Below, piece by piece: positions 11,681-22,183 of a DNA stretch of 64,000 nt. The translations under genes and the position numbers were made by a program. The DNA is from Zoogloea sp. (GTDB lineage Bacteria; Pseudomonadota; Gammaproteobacteria; Burkholderiales; Rhodocyclaceae): the NCBI RefSeq assembly GCF_041911615.1, contig NZ_JAYROR010000089.1, positions 2,131-66,130 on the forward strand. The letters run 5' to 3'. Numbering within the stretch: the stretch's first letter is position 1; each line of letters opens with the position of its first letter. The notes beneath the pieces are model-generated. The model was not told the origin of the DNA. It ran no database searches and saw only the letters and a program-made list of their open reading frames with translations.

Positions 11681-11709
11681 ATTTTCTTCGTTTTGGTGCG
11701 GTGCGTCAA
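11681..11709 (-). promoter_or_regulatory. Putative leftward sigma70 promoter (infA leader or sRNA)
   Basis: Minus strand TTGACG-N17-GAAAAT. Confidence 0.45.
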
Positions 11710-11732
11710 GAAAAGACTGCGCTAGCCCGGGT

Positions 11733-11774
11733 TTGAGCTGGCTCAAATCCGGGCCGCGTGGACTCGCATACGCT
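11733..11774 (+). promoter_or_regulatory. FNR/DNR-family box TTGAG-CTGG-CTCAA with class II-spaced -10 (TACGCT)
   Basis: TTGA-N6-TCAA palindrome at 11733-11746; -10-like TACGCT at 11769-11774 places the box centre near -41.5. Confidence 0.55.
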
Positions 11775-11842
11775 GTGAAGGCTTGCCAGAAGCCGTGCGT
11801 CGCAGCGTATGCGCCGATACCAACGATATCCAAGGAGACCGC

Positions 11843-12382
11843 ATGATTGATCTGAACCGCACCGACGGCGTTGCCCCGATCGAGGATTTCTCCCAGTGCC
11901 ACGCCGGCATCGTGTCCCACCTGGAGCAGCTCGATGAACTTGCTCCGCTGCTCGAGCCGGCGATGCGCGCGCGCCGGCTGGCAGCCGAGGCGCTGCGTTT
12001 TTTTCGCAGCGCGTTATTCGAGCATCACACCGACGAGGAGCGCGAGCTTTTTCCGTCCGTGCTCGCCCACGCCGGCAAGGGCGAGGAGCGCGAGCGCGTG
12101 CAGGGGCTCGTCGACCGGTTGGTGCGCGAGCATCGCTATCTCGAATCTCTCTGGTCGAAACTCGAGCCCGAGCTGCAGGCGGTGGCCACCGGCGGGCAGG
12201 CTGAGGTGGAGGTGTCGGTAATGCGTCAGCTGGTGACGCATTACCAGGCCCATGCCCAGTTCGAGGAGCAGCACTTCCTGCCGCTCGCGCGCGGCATCCT
12301 CGGTCGCGAGGGCGAGCATCTCGCCGCACTTGGCCTGCGCCTGCACATGCGCCACACGCCGCTGCAGCAGACGCCGTTCTGA
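11843..12382 (+). CDS. Hemerythrin-like HHE cation-binding domain protein
   Basis: RBS AAGGAG before ATG 11843; CHAGI, HHTDEERELFP, EHRYLE, HAQFEEQHFLP (repeated H/HxxxE pattern). Confidence 0.85.
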   Translation: MIDLNRTDGVAPIEDFSQCHAGIVSHLEQLDELAPLLEPAMRARRLAAEALRFFRSALFEHHTDEERELFPSVLAHAGKGEERERVQGLVDRLVREHRYLESLWSKLEPELQAVATGGQAEVEVSVMRQLVTHYQAHAQFEEQHFLPLARGILGREGEHLAALGLRLHMRHTPLQQTPF

Positions 12383-12493
12383 CTCGCGGCGCCATAGCGT
12401 CGCCGGCCTGCCTTCGCGCGGGCCGGTTTTTCGGGAGCGGCGTGCCGTGGGGGCGCCATCCGGCAAGCGCCCGCTTTGCGTGAAAAGCTCGGG

Positions 12494-12502
12494 TGATATA
12501 AT
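12494..12502 (+). promoter_or_regulatory. Extended -10 promoter (TGaTATAAT) of hemA-prfA-prmC
   Basis: Consensus TGnTATAAT ending 38 nt upstream of the hemA ATG. Confidence 0.65.
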
Positions 12503-12540
12503 CGCCGGCTGAAAAATTCCGCCCTCGCCCGGTGTTGCGC

Positions 12541-13791
12541 ATGCAACTCTTCGCCCTCGGACTCAATCATCATACCGCGCCTGTCTCGATCCGCGAGCAG
12601 GTGGCCTTCCGGCCGGAACTGCTCGTGCAGGCGCTGGGTGATCTCGTGCGCGCGAAGCCGGTCAAGGAGGCCGCGATCATCTCCACCTGCAATCGCACCG
12701 AGCTCTACTTCGCGACGGAGAAGCCCCATTACGCGGCCGACTGGTTCGCCGAATATCACCGCGTCGCGCTGCAGGATCTGTCGCCTTACCTCTACACTTT
12801 TCCCCAGCGGGACGCCGTGCGTCACGTGTTCAGGGTTGCCAGCGGGCTCGACTCGATGGTCATCGGCGAGCCGCAGATCCTCGGCCAGGTCAAGGATGCG
12901 GTGCGCCACGCGGAGCAGGCCGGGACCCTCGGCACCACGCTGCACAAGCTTTTCCAGCGTACGTTCTCGGTAGCCAAGGAAGTCCGCTCCACCACCGCGA
13001 TCGGCGCCAACATCGTGTCGATGGCGGCGGCGGCGGTGCACTTGTCCGAGCGCATCTTCGAGCGGGTGCGCGACCAGCGCGTGCTGTTCGTCGGCGCCGG
13101 CGAGATGATCGAGTTGTGCGCCGCCCATTTCTGCGGCGAGCAGCCGCGCAAGGTGAGCATCGCCAACCGCACCGCGGCCCGCGCCGAGTCGCTGGCCGGA
13201 CGCTTCGGCGCCGACGTACTGCGCCTCGATCAGGTTGGCGAGGCGCTGGCGGGTTACGACATCGTGGTCTCGTGTACCGGCAGTCCGCTGCCGATCATCG
13301 GCCTCGGCATGGTCGAGCGGGCGCTCAAGGCCCGTCGTCACCGCCCGATGGTGATGGTCGACCTGGCCGTTCCGCGCGACATCGAGCCCGAAGTGGCGGC
13401 GCTGGGCGACGTCTTCCTCTACACCGTCGACGATCTGGCCAAGGTCGTCGATTCCGGGCTGGAATCGCGCCAGCAGGCGGTGATCGAAGCCGAGAACATC
13501 ATCGACGAGCGCGTCGACGGTTTCCTGCACTGGCTCGACAGCCGCGGCACGGTGCCGACCATCCGCGCCCTCCGGGAACACGCCGACCACCTGCGTCAGG
13601 CTGAGGTCGAGCGGGCGCTGCGCCTGCTCGCCAAGGGCGAAGACCCGCACAAGGTGATCGAAGCCCTCAGTCATGGCCTTACCAACAAGTTTCTCCACGC
13701 CCCGACGCGCTTCCTCAATGACGCCGACGGCGCGCCGGGCGACTGTGCCGAACTGGTCCAGCGCCTCTTCAACCTCGACAAGAACCACTAG
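12541..13791 (+). CDS. hemA: Glutamyl-tRNA reductase
   Basis: [50 protein letters not shown]; upstream of prfA. Confidence 0.98.
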   Translation: MQLFALGLNHHTAPVSIREQVAFRPELLVQALGDLVRAKPVKEAAIISTCNRTELYFATEKPHYAADWFAEYHRVALQDLSPYLYTFPQRDAVRHVFRVASGLDSMVIGEPQILGQVKDAVRHAEQAGTLGTTLHKLFQRTFSVAKEVRSTTAIGANIVSMAAAAVHLSERIFERVRDQRVLFVGAGEMIELCAAHFCGEQPRKVSIANRTAARAESLAGRFGADVLRLDQVGEALAGYDIVVSCTGSPLPIIGLGMVERALKARRHRPMVMVDLAVPRDIEPEVAALGDVFLYTVDDLAKVVDSGLESRQQAVIEAENIIDERVDGFLHWLDSRGTVPTIRALREHADHLRQAEVERALRLLAKGEDPHKVIEALSHGLTNKFLHAPTRFLNDADGAPGDCAELVQRLFNLDKNH

Positions 13792-13836
13792 CCCGCCCGG
13801 GCGTCTCCCCCGCCTGCGCCCGCAGGCCGCCTTCCC

Positions 13837-14914
<1,078 letters not shown>

Positions 14915-14922
<8 letters not shown>

Positions 14923-15754
14923 CCGCGCGCTGCCGGCCAGCTTCGGCGAAGCCCTCGCCGCCGCCCGAGGCCGCATCCCGGCCAGCGAGGCGCGCCTGTT
15001 CCTGCGCGAGGTGAGCGGCGCCAGTGCGGCCCAGATCGCTGCCTGGCCGGAACGTACGCTCAGCGCCGAGCAGGCTGCCCGCTTCGCCGACCTGCTCGCC
15101 CGCCGCGTCGCCGGCGAGCCGGTGGCCTACCTGCTCGGCGTGCGGGAGTTCTACGGACGCGATTTCCAGGTTGGCCCGGCGGTGCTGATCCCTCGACCCG
15201 AAACCGAGCTGATCGTCGATCTGGTGCTGGCCCGGGTTGTGCCGGGGGCAGCCCCCGCCATCCTCGATCTCGGCACCGGCAGCGGTGCGCTGGCGGTGAC
15301 GCTGGCGCTGGAGCGGCCGGCGGCGACCGTGACGGCGGTGGATTTCTCGCCGGCCGCGCTGGCGATTGCACGGGCCAACGCGGCGGCGCTGGGCGCCAGC
15401 GTGCGCTGCGTCGAGAGCGACTGGTTCGCGGCGCTGGATGCGGGCGAGCGCTTCGATTTCATCGTCAGCAACCCGCCCTACATCGTCGACGGCGACCCCC
15501 ACCTGTCGCAGGGCGACGTCCGCTTCGAGCCCGCCTCCGCGCTGGCCTCGGGGCCGGCCGGGCTGGACGACATCCGCCGCATCGTCGCGGCGGCGGCGGC
15601 TTTCCTGCTGCCCGGCGGGTGGCTGATGCTGGAGCATGGCTACGACCAGGCCGAGGCGGTGCGCGGATTGCTGCGGGGCGCGGGCTTCGGTGAGGTGGCG
15701 TCCGAGCGCGATCTGGCGGGTATCGAGCGCGTCACCTGCGGCCGTCGCCCTTGA
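14915..15754 (+). CDS. prmC: Release factor glutamine methyltransferase
   Basis: [32 protein letters not shown]. Confidence 0.97.
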
Positions 15755-15779
15755 CGCGATCCGTTGGCGGGCCTAGACT
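15751..15779 (+). promoter_or_regulatory. sigma70 promoter of grxD
   Basis: TTGACG-N17-TAGACT overlapping the prmC stop. Confidence 0.7.
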
Positions 15780-15803
15780 TTTCCGACTGAATTGCTCAAC
15801 TAT
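15779..15803. promoter_or_regulatory. Putative IscR (type 1) operator
   Basis: TTTTCCGACTGAATTGCTCAACTAT matches 20 of 25 positions of ATASYYGACTRwwwYAGTCRRSTAT by manual alignment and covers the expected start site. Confidence 0.5.
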
Positions 15804-15818
15804 TTTTGCGAGATCACG

Positions 15819-16127
15819 ATGGACGTTCAAAAGATCATTGACGAACAGGTTAAATCCCACCCGGTGGTGCTCTACATGAAGGGTTCCCCGTCGATGCCGC
15901 GCTGCGGCTTCTCGGCAACCGCCGTGCAGATCCTGCAGGCCTGTGGCGTGGGCGAAGTGTTCGCGGTGGACGTGCTGGCCGACGAGGGCATCCGCCAGGG
16001 CATCAAGGAATATTCCAACTGGCCGACCATCCCGCAGCTTTACGTCAAGGGCGAGTTCGTCGGCGGCTCCGACATCATGCGAGAGATGTTCCAGTCCGGC
16101 GAGCTGCAGCAGATGCTGAGCGCCTGA
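15819..16127 (+). CDS. grxD: Monothiol glutaredoxin (Grx4)
   Basis: [31 protein letters not shown]. Confidence 0.97.
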   Translation: MDVQKIIDEQVKSHPVVLYMKGSPSMPRCGFSATAVQILQACGVGEVFAVDVLADEGIRQGIKEYSNWPTIPQLYVKGEFVGGSDIMREMFQSGELQQMLSA

Positions 16128-16141
16128 GTGCGGTTCGACAC

Positions 16142-16169
16142 AAAAAAGCGGCTCAGGCCGCTTTTTTTT
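16142..16169. terminator. Bidirectional intrinsic terminator
   Basis: A6-GCGGC-TCAG-GCCGC-T8 between convergent grxD and nucleotidyltransferase genes. Confidence 0.85.
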
Positions 16170-17277
16170 CGCCTTTAGGCAGCGTGACCTGCTCGGTGGA
16201 TAGTGGGTGGGTCGGCTGTTCGGGCGGGAAGATCGCCTTGTGGGCCAGGTGATAGGCGAGCAGCAGCGGCGGCATCCGCAGCCAGTGGGCGCGGATGTAG
16301 AGGCTGCGGCGGGCGAGCGGGGTCAAGGCGTCGGCGGTGCTCGGATGTTGCGGGCGCAGCACACGGGCGTAGATGCCGTCGAGGGCGCGCTGGCCGATGC
16401 CGCCGCGCTCCAGGCAGCGGCTGCGGGCGATCACGGCTTCCGGCAACGGTGTGTCGAGCAGGCTGCGGCAGTAGCGCAGTGCGAGACGCAGCGGGCCGGC
16501 GAGTTGCAGCCGCTCGGCGCGGTCGAGGAGCTGCGTCCAGGCGCCGTCGTCCTGGTCCAGGTGACGGAGCAGCAGATCGAGGTCGGTGAGATCGCGCAGC
16601 AGGTTGTCCGGTTCGCCCTCGTGGAACAGGTGGGAGGCGCTGTGCAGGATCAGGTCGGGCAGCGAGAGGGTGCGCACGCCGGGCAGGTCGGGCAGCGGCA
16701 CGCTGGCGTCGATCAGCAGCCGGGCGTCGGGCTTGAGACGGGCGGTAGGCGGCAGGATGGTGTGGTGCACGTCGAGCGCCGAGCCGCGGAAGACGTGGCG
16801 CATTGCGGGCAGTTCGTGCATCCAGCGGCGATAGTAGCGCTGGTCGTAGGCGTCGGTGGCGGTGCTCGCCCAGCCCTTGAGCTGCAGCGCCGATTCGGCG
16901 TCGGCGAGGCGATCCTTGGGTAGCAGGATGTCGATGTCGGAGAACAGCCTTCCTCGGGCCGCGGGTAGCCCGGCGGCCACGTAGGCGGCACCCTTGAGCA
17001 GGATCACCGGGATGCCGGCGGGTGCGAGTGCTTCACGCAGGAAGCGTGCTTCGCGGCGGATCGCGTGGCGTTGTTCGCCGGCCATCACCGCGCCCGAGAG
17101 CAGGTGGTTGCGCGGCCGCTCGGGAATCTCGGCTTCGAGGCCGGCGGCCTGCAGGCGCAGGAACAGGCGCCCGAGCAGATTGGCGTGACGGGCCTGGCGT
17201 ACCAGCAGGTCCCAGTCGGCGGCGCCGAGCTGGCGGATCGAGTCGGGCTGGCGGTAGGCGCCAAGCAGCAGGTTCAT
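16153..17277 (-). CDS. Uncharacterised nucleotidyltransferase family protein (NTP_transf_5-like)
   Basis: Start MNLLLGAY overlaps the kinase stop (ATGA); ILLKGAAY...RLFSDIDILL DxD motif; LDVHHTI; DLILHSASHLF...LRDLTDLDLL. Confidence 0.82.
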   Translation of the reverse strand: MNLLLGAYRQPDSIRQLGAADWDLLVRQARHANLLGRLFLRLQAAGLEAEIPERPRNHLLSGAVMAGEQRHAIRREARFLREALAPAGIPVILLKGAAYVAAGLPAARGRLFSDIDILLPKDRLADAESALQLKGWASTATDAYDQRYYRRWMHELPAMRHVFRGSALDVHHTILPPTARLKPDARLLIDASVPLPDLPGVRTLSLPDLILHSASHLFHEGEPDNLLRDLTDLDLLLRHLDQDDGAWTQLLDRAERLQLAGPLRLALRYCRSLLDTPLPEAVIARSRCLERGGIGQRALDGIYARVLRPQHPSTADALTPLARRSLYIRAHWLRMPPLLLAYHLAHKAIFPPEQPTHPLSTEQVTLPKGEKKAA

Positions 17278-18191
17278 GCGCCGGCCTCCGTGGCGAGACG
17301 GTCGAACACGGCGATGGCGTCGTCGAGCCGGCTGTATTCGAAGCTGTAATTGTCGCAGCGGTCGGTGGTGGCGCCGACCGCCGCGAAGCCGCGCGGACCG
17401 AGCACGTGGTAGTTCATCGCGTTGTCGGCGAGCTGCATGAAGGCGGCGCCGCTGCCCATCGGGGTCAGGACGGCTTCGCTGCCGGCACGGTAGCGGGGTA
17501 GCACCATCCAGCGCGGCTGCGCCCATTCGCCGACGGCGTCGACGCTGGCCCGGGTGGGGGCCATCAGCGCCACGGTGCCCTTCGTGGTGTCCTTGACCGG
17601 GCGGGTCAGGAAGGCATCAGGGGCGTAGGCGCGGATGATGTCGATGCTGGCGTTCTTGAGGTTGACCGGCCGGGCGAGGCCCATGATCTCGCCGGTGTCG
17701 AGGCGGATCAGGGTGAGTTCGTCCGACAGCAGGCGCCAGCCGCGGTTGACCAGCGCAGCGCACAGCGTGCTCTTGCCCGAACCGGGGGGCGCCGGCAGGA
17801 TCGCGGCGTGCCTGCCGCGGGCGACGCTGGCGGCGTGGACCACCAGGATGTGATGGCTGTAGGCGGTGACGCACCAGTTGAGACCCCATTCCAGCATCGC
17901 CAGGGCCTGGTTGCGGGGCAGCGGCGTGAAGGGCTCGACCGCGTCCACGACGAAGCGGGCCTGAGGCGCCAGCCAGCGGCGCAGCCCGTGGCCGGGCCGG
18001 ACGGCGACATGGAAATCGGTGAAATCGGCAGCGTCCACAAGGCGGTGGTGCGCGTAGAGCTGAGCCAGTTCGTCGGCGATTTCGGGGATGCCACTTTGCA
18101 GGCGGCAGTTGAACGGGCCAGCCGCCAGCCGCAGGCCGTCCCCTGTCAGCCGGGCGCGAAATTCGGCCGGGGAGAGGTCACGGATTTTCAA
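17274..18191 (-). CDS. HprK-related kinase (HprK-related kinase A type)
   Basis: VVHAASV, P-loop PAPPGSGKSTL, GWRLLSDE; lacks the DRTGG N-domain of true HprK. Confidence 0.85.
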   Translation of the reverse strand: MKIRDLSPAEFRARLTGDGLRLAAGPFNCRLQSGIPEIADELAQLYAHHRLVDAADFTDFHVAVRPGHGLRRWLAPQARFVVDAVEPFTPLPRNQALAMLEWGLNWCVTAYSHHILVVHAASVARGRHAAILPAPPGSGKSTLCAALVNRGWRLLSDELTLIRLDTGEIMGLARPVNLKNASIDIIRAYAPDAFLTRPVKDTTKGTVALMAPTRASVDAVGEWAQPRWMVLPRYRAGSEAVLTPMGSGAAFMQLADNAMNYHVLGPRGFAAVGATTDRCDNYSFEYSRLDDAIAVFDRLATEAGA

Positions 18192-18510
18192 GGGCGGGGC
18201 TCGATTCGACGCGGATCAGGTGGGCCTTGACGAGGGCGTCGAGGGCAATCGCGACGAGGCGCTGGCAGTCTTCGGGGGCTGCGTCGGGTTCTTCGTGCAG
18301 GATGGCGCGGACGAGATGCTGCCCGGTCAGGCGGCGGCCGGGAACGGTCAGCTGGTCGAGCACGAAGCGGGTGAGCGGGGCGAGCAGCAGGGTCTCGCCG
18401 GCGGATGGATCGTAGCGGACCCATCCTTCATCGACTTCTTTCCAGAGTACTTCGGCCAGCCCTTCGAACAGGGTTTCAGAGGCGATGTACGACGTGCCGG
18501 CCGTGAGCAA
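18178..18510 (-). CDS. PqqD/RRE-like peptide chaperone (HPr-rel-A system type)
   Basis: About 110 aa; WVRYDPSAGETLLLAPLTRFVLDQL and terminal LDALVKAHLI fit the PqqD beta-hairpin/helix pattern; directly upstream of the kinase. Confidence 0.72.
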   Translation of the reverse strand: MLTAGTSYIASETLFEGLAEVLWKEVDEGWVRYDPSAGETLLLAPLTRFVLDQLTVPGRRLTGQHLVRAILHEEPDAAPEDCQRLVAIALDALVKAHLIRVESSPALENP

Positions 18511-18528
18511 GACGCGAAGCGGGGCGAA

Positions 18529-19101
18529 TCAGGGGTTGGCCAGCACGTAATCCAGGTATTGCTCGACCTGGGACGCGGTCCAGGCGATGCTCGGCACGCT
18601 GGGGTTCGGCACGAAGTGATTGCTGACGATGCCTTCGTTCCACATGCGGATCGCGGTGGCTTCGGTGAACAGCGAAGGGCTGGCCTTGGCGCTGAGCCAG
18701 GCAGCGATGATCTTCTTCTGGAGCGGCGAGCCGCTGACGGTGAGAACCTTGCGGATGCTGTCGGTGACGGTGGAGGAGAACACGTCGCCGAAGTTCTTGT
18801 TGTCCAGATCGTCGATGACGTTGGGCGGATTCGGGTTGGCGGCGGCGTAGTCCTGCCAGAACTTGACGCCGTTCATCTTCGGCGAGCAGGGCGTGGTGCC
18901 GTTCTGGCTCAGGTTGCCGGAGGCCGAGAAGCCGGAGGGTTGCTTGCACTCGGCCGCCAGCGCGGGAACGCTGGTGAGCGCCAGCAGCACGGGGGCGCCG
19001 GCGAGGCCGGTCTGGATGAGCTTGCGACGGGTTGCCTGGGGTGCGGAGCTGCTGCTGACGTGTTGCGGCTCGGCGGTTTTTTCGGAGTGTTCCAGCTTCA
19101 T
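18529..19101 (-). CDS. Hypothetical exported protein with twin-arginine-like signal and Ser/Gly/Cys-rich mature N-terminus
   Basis: TRRKLIQTGLAGAPVLLALTSVPALA|AECKQPSGFSASGNLSQNGTTPC; high-GC3 codon usage; RBS-like GAGG upstream. Confidence 0.75.
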   Translation of the reverse strand: MKLEHSEKTAEPQHVSSSSAPQATRRKLIQTGLAGAPVLLALTSVPALAAECKQPSGFSASGNLSQNGTTPCSPKMNGVKFWQDYAAANPNPPNVIDDLDNKNFGDVFSSTVTDSIRKVLTVSGSPLQKKIIAAWLSAKASPSLFTEATAIRMWNEGIVSNHFVPNPSVPSIAWTASQVEQYLDYVLANP

Positions 19102-19211
19102 CCTAAACCTCGTTGAACTGACGCTCCGGGGGAGCGCGGTTGAGTGCAGTATAGGCGGGCCCGTTTTGCGGCGGTGTGACGTGGGTCCGCTTTTTGGTCA
19201 AAATAGGCAAA

Positions 19212-19226
19212 GCAAATTTTGTTCCG
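19212..19226 (-). promoter_or_regulatory. Putative sigma54 (-24/-12) promoter
   Basis: Minus strand CGGAAC-AAAAT-TTGC gives exact GG-N10-GC spacing in an AT-rich intergenic region. Confidence 0.5.
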
Positions 19227-19309
19227 GATTTTTGGGCTCGTTTTAGGATTCTGATTCTAAAGGAAATAAAGTCCAACGGAGAAAACCGCCGGCAAAATCG
19301 GCAAGCATG

Positions 19310-19340
19310 TGTAAAAAATGCCGACAAAATTGGTGTCGGC
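19310..19340. promoter_or_regulatory. Putative enhancer-binding-protein sites
   Basis: TGT-N11-ACA (19310-19326) overlapping a perfect inverted repeat GCCGACA-N7-TGTCGGC (19320-19340), about 85 bp upstream of the -24 element. Confidence 0.4.
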
Positions 19341-19352
19341 GCAGGGCGGAGG

Positions 19353-20633
19353 TCAGACGCTGGCGATGCGGCTGTTGGCGAGCGACAGCCGGCTGGCGAG
19401 GACTTCGAGAAAGCCCTTGTAGAAGTGCATCTGGCACAGGCTCGACGCGCGCAGCAGCGCGGGTGCGCGGATGGTGAGGATGCGTGTCTCGGTGACGGTT
19501 TCGACCGACGCGGTGCGCGCCCCGCGCCCGGCGGCGAACAGCGCCATCTCGCCGAAGCAGTCCCCCGGGCTGAGGGTGTTGAGCAGGTGGCCCTTCTTGA
19601 CGATGCGCAGCTCTCCGGCGATCACGTAGCAGAAGTAGTTGCCGGGTTCGCCTTCCTTCATGACCACCGTTCCGGGCGGAATCAGGCGCCATTCGCCGAA
19701 GCGGACGATCTCCCAGATCTCGATGTCCGAAAATTCACGGAAGAAATGAAAGGCGCGCAGGCGCTCGAATTTCTCGCTGTCGGGCAGTTCGCCGGGGGTG
19801 GCGGCGAGGCTGCGGTTGCGGTAGGCCTGGGCGAGGTCGTGGGAGAACTCGAGCCAGGTGGCGTAGCGGGCGGCCGGGTCGCGCTGCATGGCGCGGCGCA
19901 CGATGGCGTCGAGTTCCGGTGGAATCTCGGGGCGAATGCTGGCCGGCGGCGGCGGGGTTTCGTGGGCGATCTGGTACAGCAGGTTGACGTTGCTGCTGCC
20001 TTCGAAGGGCAGGCGGCCGGTGAGCAGCTGGTACATCACCACGCCGAGGGAGTAGATGTCGGTGCGGTGGTCGAGCGGCTGTTCTCGCACCTGCTCGGGC
20101 GCCATGTAGGCCGGCGAGCCGAGGCCGGCGAGCTGGGTGGTTTCGGTGGCGGTGAAGATGGCTGCGCCGAAATCGGAGAGCTTGATGTCCTGGCCGTCGG
20201 GCGAGACGAGCAGGATGTTGGCCGGCTTGATGTCCCGGTGGGTGACGCCCTGCAGGTAGGCGTAGTCGAGCGCCCGGGTGCACTTGAAGATGATCTCGAC
20301 CAGGCGCTCGAACGGCAGCAGGTGGCCGGGCCGGGCGAAGGCTTCGAGGGTGCCGCCGGGGACGTATTCCATCACCACGTAGGCGTCGCGCTCGTCGATC
20401 ACCGCGTCGTGGATCTGGACGATGTGCGGGTGCTGCAGCTTGCCTGCGAGGGCGGCCTCGTTGAGCAGCATGTGGTGGTACAGCGTGGTGTGGTCGGTGA
20501 CGCGCAGCATCTCGGGATGCAGTCGTTTGATGGCCACCTCGCGCTGGGCGAAAGGATCGAAGCCGAGGTAGACGACACTGGTGCCGCCTTCGCCCAGCGG
20601 CCGCCTGATCTCGTACTTGCCGATCCTTTCCAT
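19353..20633 (-). CDS. Hanks-type Ser/Thr kinase with C-terminal cNMP-binding domain
   Basis: Start MERIGKY at 20633; GEGGTSVVY, VAIK, HRDIKPAN, SDFG, GSPAYMAPE; C-terminal GDCFGEMALF...RTASV. Confidence 0.92.
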   Translation of the reverse strand: MERIGKYEIRRPLGEGGTSVVYLGFDPFAQREVAIKRLHPEMLRVTDHTTLYHHMLLNEAALAGKLQHPHIVQIHDAVIDERDAYVVMEYVPGGTLEAFARPGHLLPFERLVEIIFKCTRALDYAYLQGVTHRDIKPANILLVSPDGQDIKLSDFGAAIFTATETTQLAGLGSPAYMAPEQVREQPLDHRTDIYSLGVVMYQLLTGRLPFEGSSNVNLLYQIAHETPPPPASIRPEIPPELDAIVRRAMQRDPAARYATWLEFSHDLAQAYRNRSLAATPGELPDSEKFERLRAFHFFREFSDIEIWEIVRFGEWRLIPPGTVVMKEGEPGNYFCYVIAGELRIVKKGHLLNTLSPGDCFGEMALFAAGRGARTASVETVTETRILTIRAPALLRASSLCQMHFYKGFLEVLASRLSLANSRIASV

Positions 20634-20644
20634 GGGTGAGCTCC

Positions 20645-22099
<1,455 letters not shown>

Positions 22100-22183
22100 A
22101 ATTAAAAATGCTCTCTGCGATAAAGGGGGGCTATCTGCGGCGAGAATCCCGTGGATTCAAGGTTTTGGCCCGGATTTCGATTC

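Noticed and set aside
11578-11682. 34-codon ORF (MADRLQPC...) in the infA leader as a leader peptide
   Set aside because: Its ATG overlaps the predicted -10 element, so it would not be in the transcript; no RBS.
17274-18191. True HPr kinase/phosphorylase of the PTS
   Set aside because: Lacks the N-terminal domain and the ptsN/rapZ/ptsH context; it is coupled to PqqD and nucleotidyltransferase genes.
16153-19101. Lasso peptide or PQQ biosynthetic cluster
   Set aside because: No asparagine-synthetase-like cyclase, transglutaminase-like protease, radical SAM PqqE or short precursor was found nearby.
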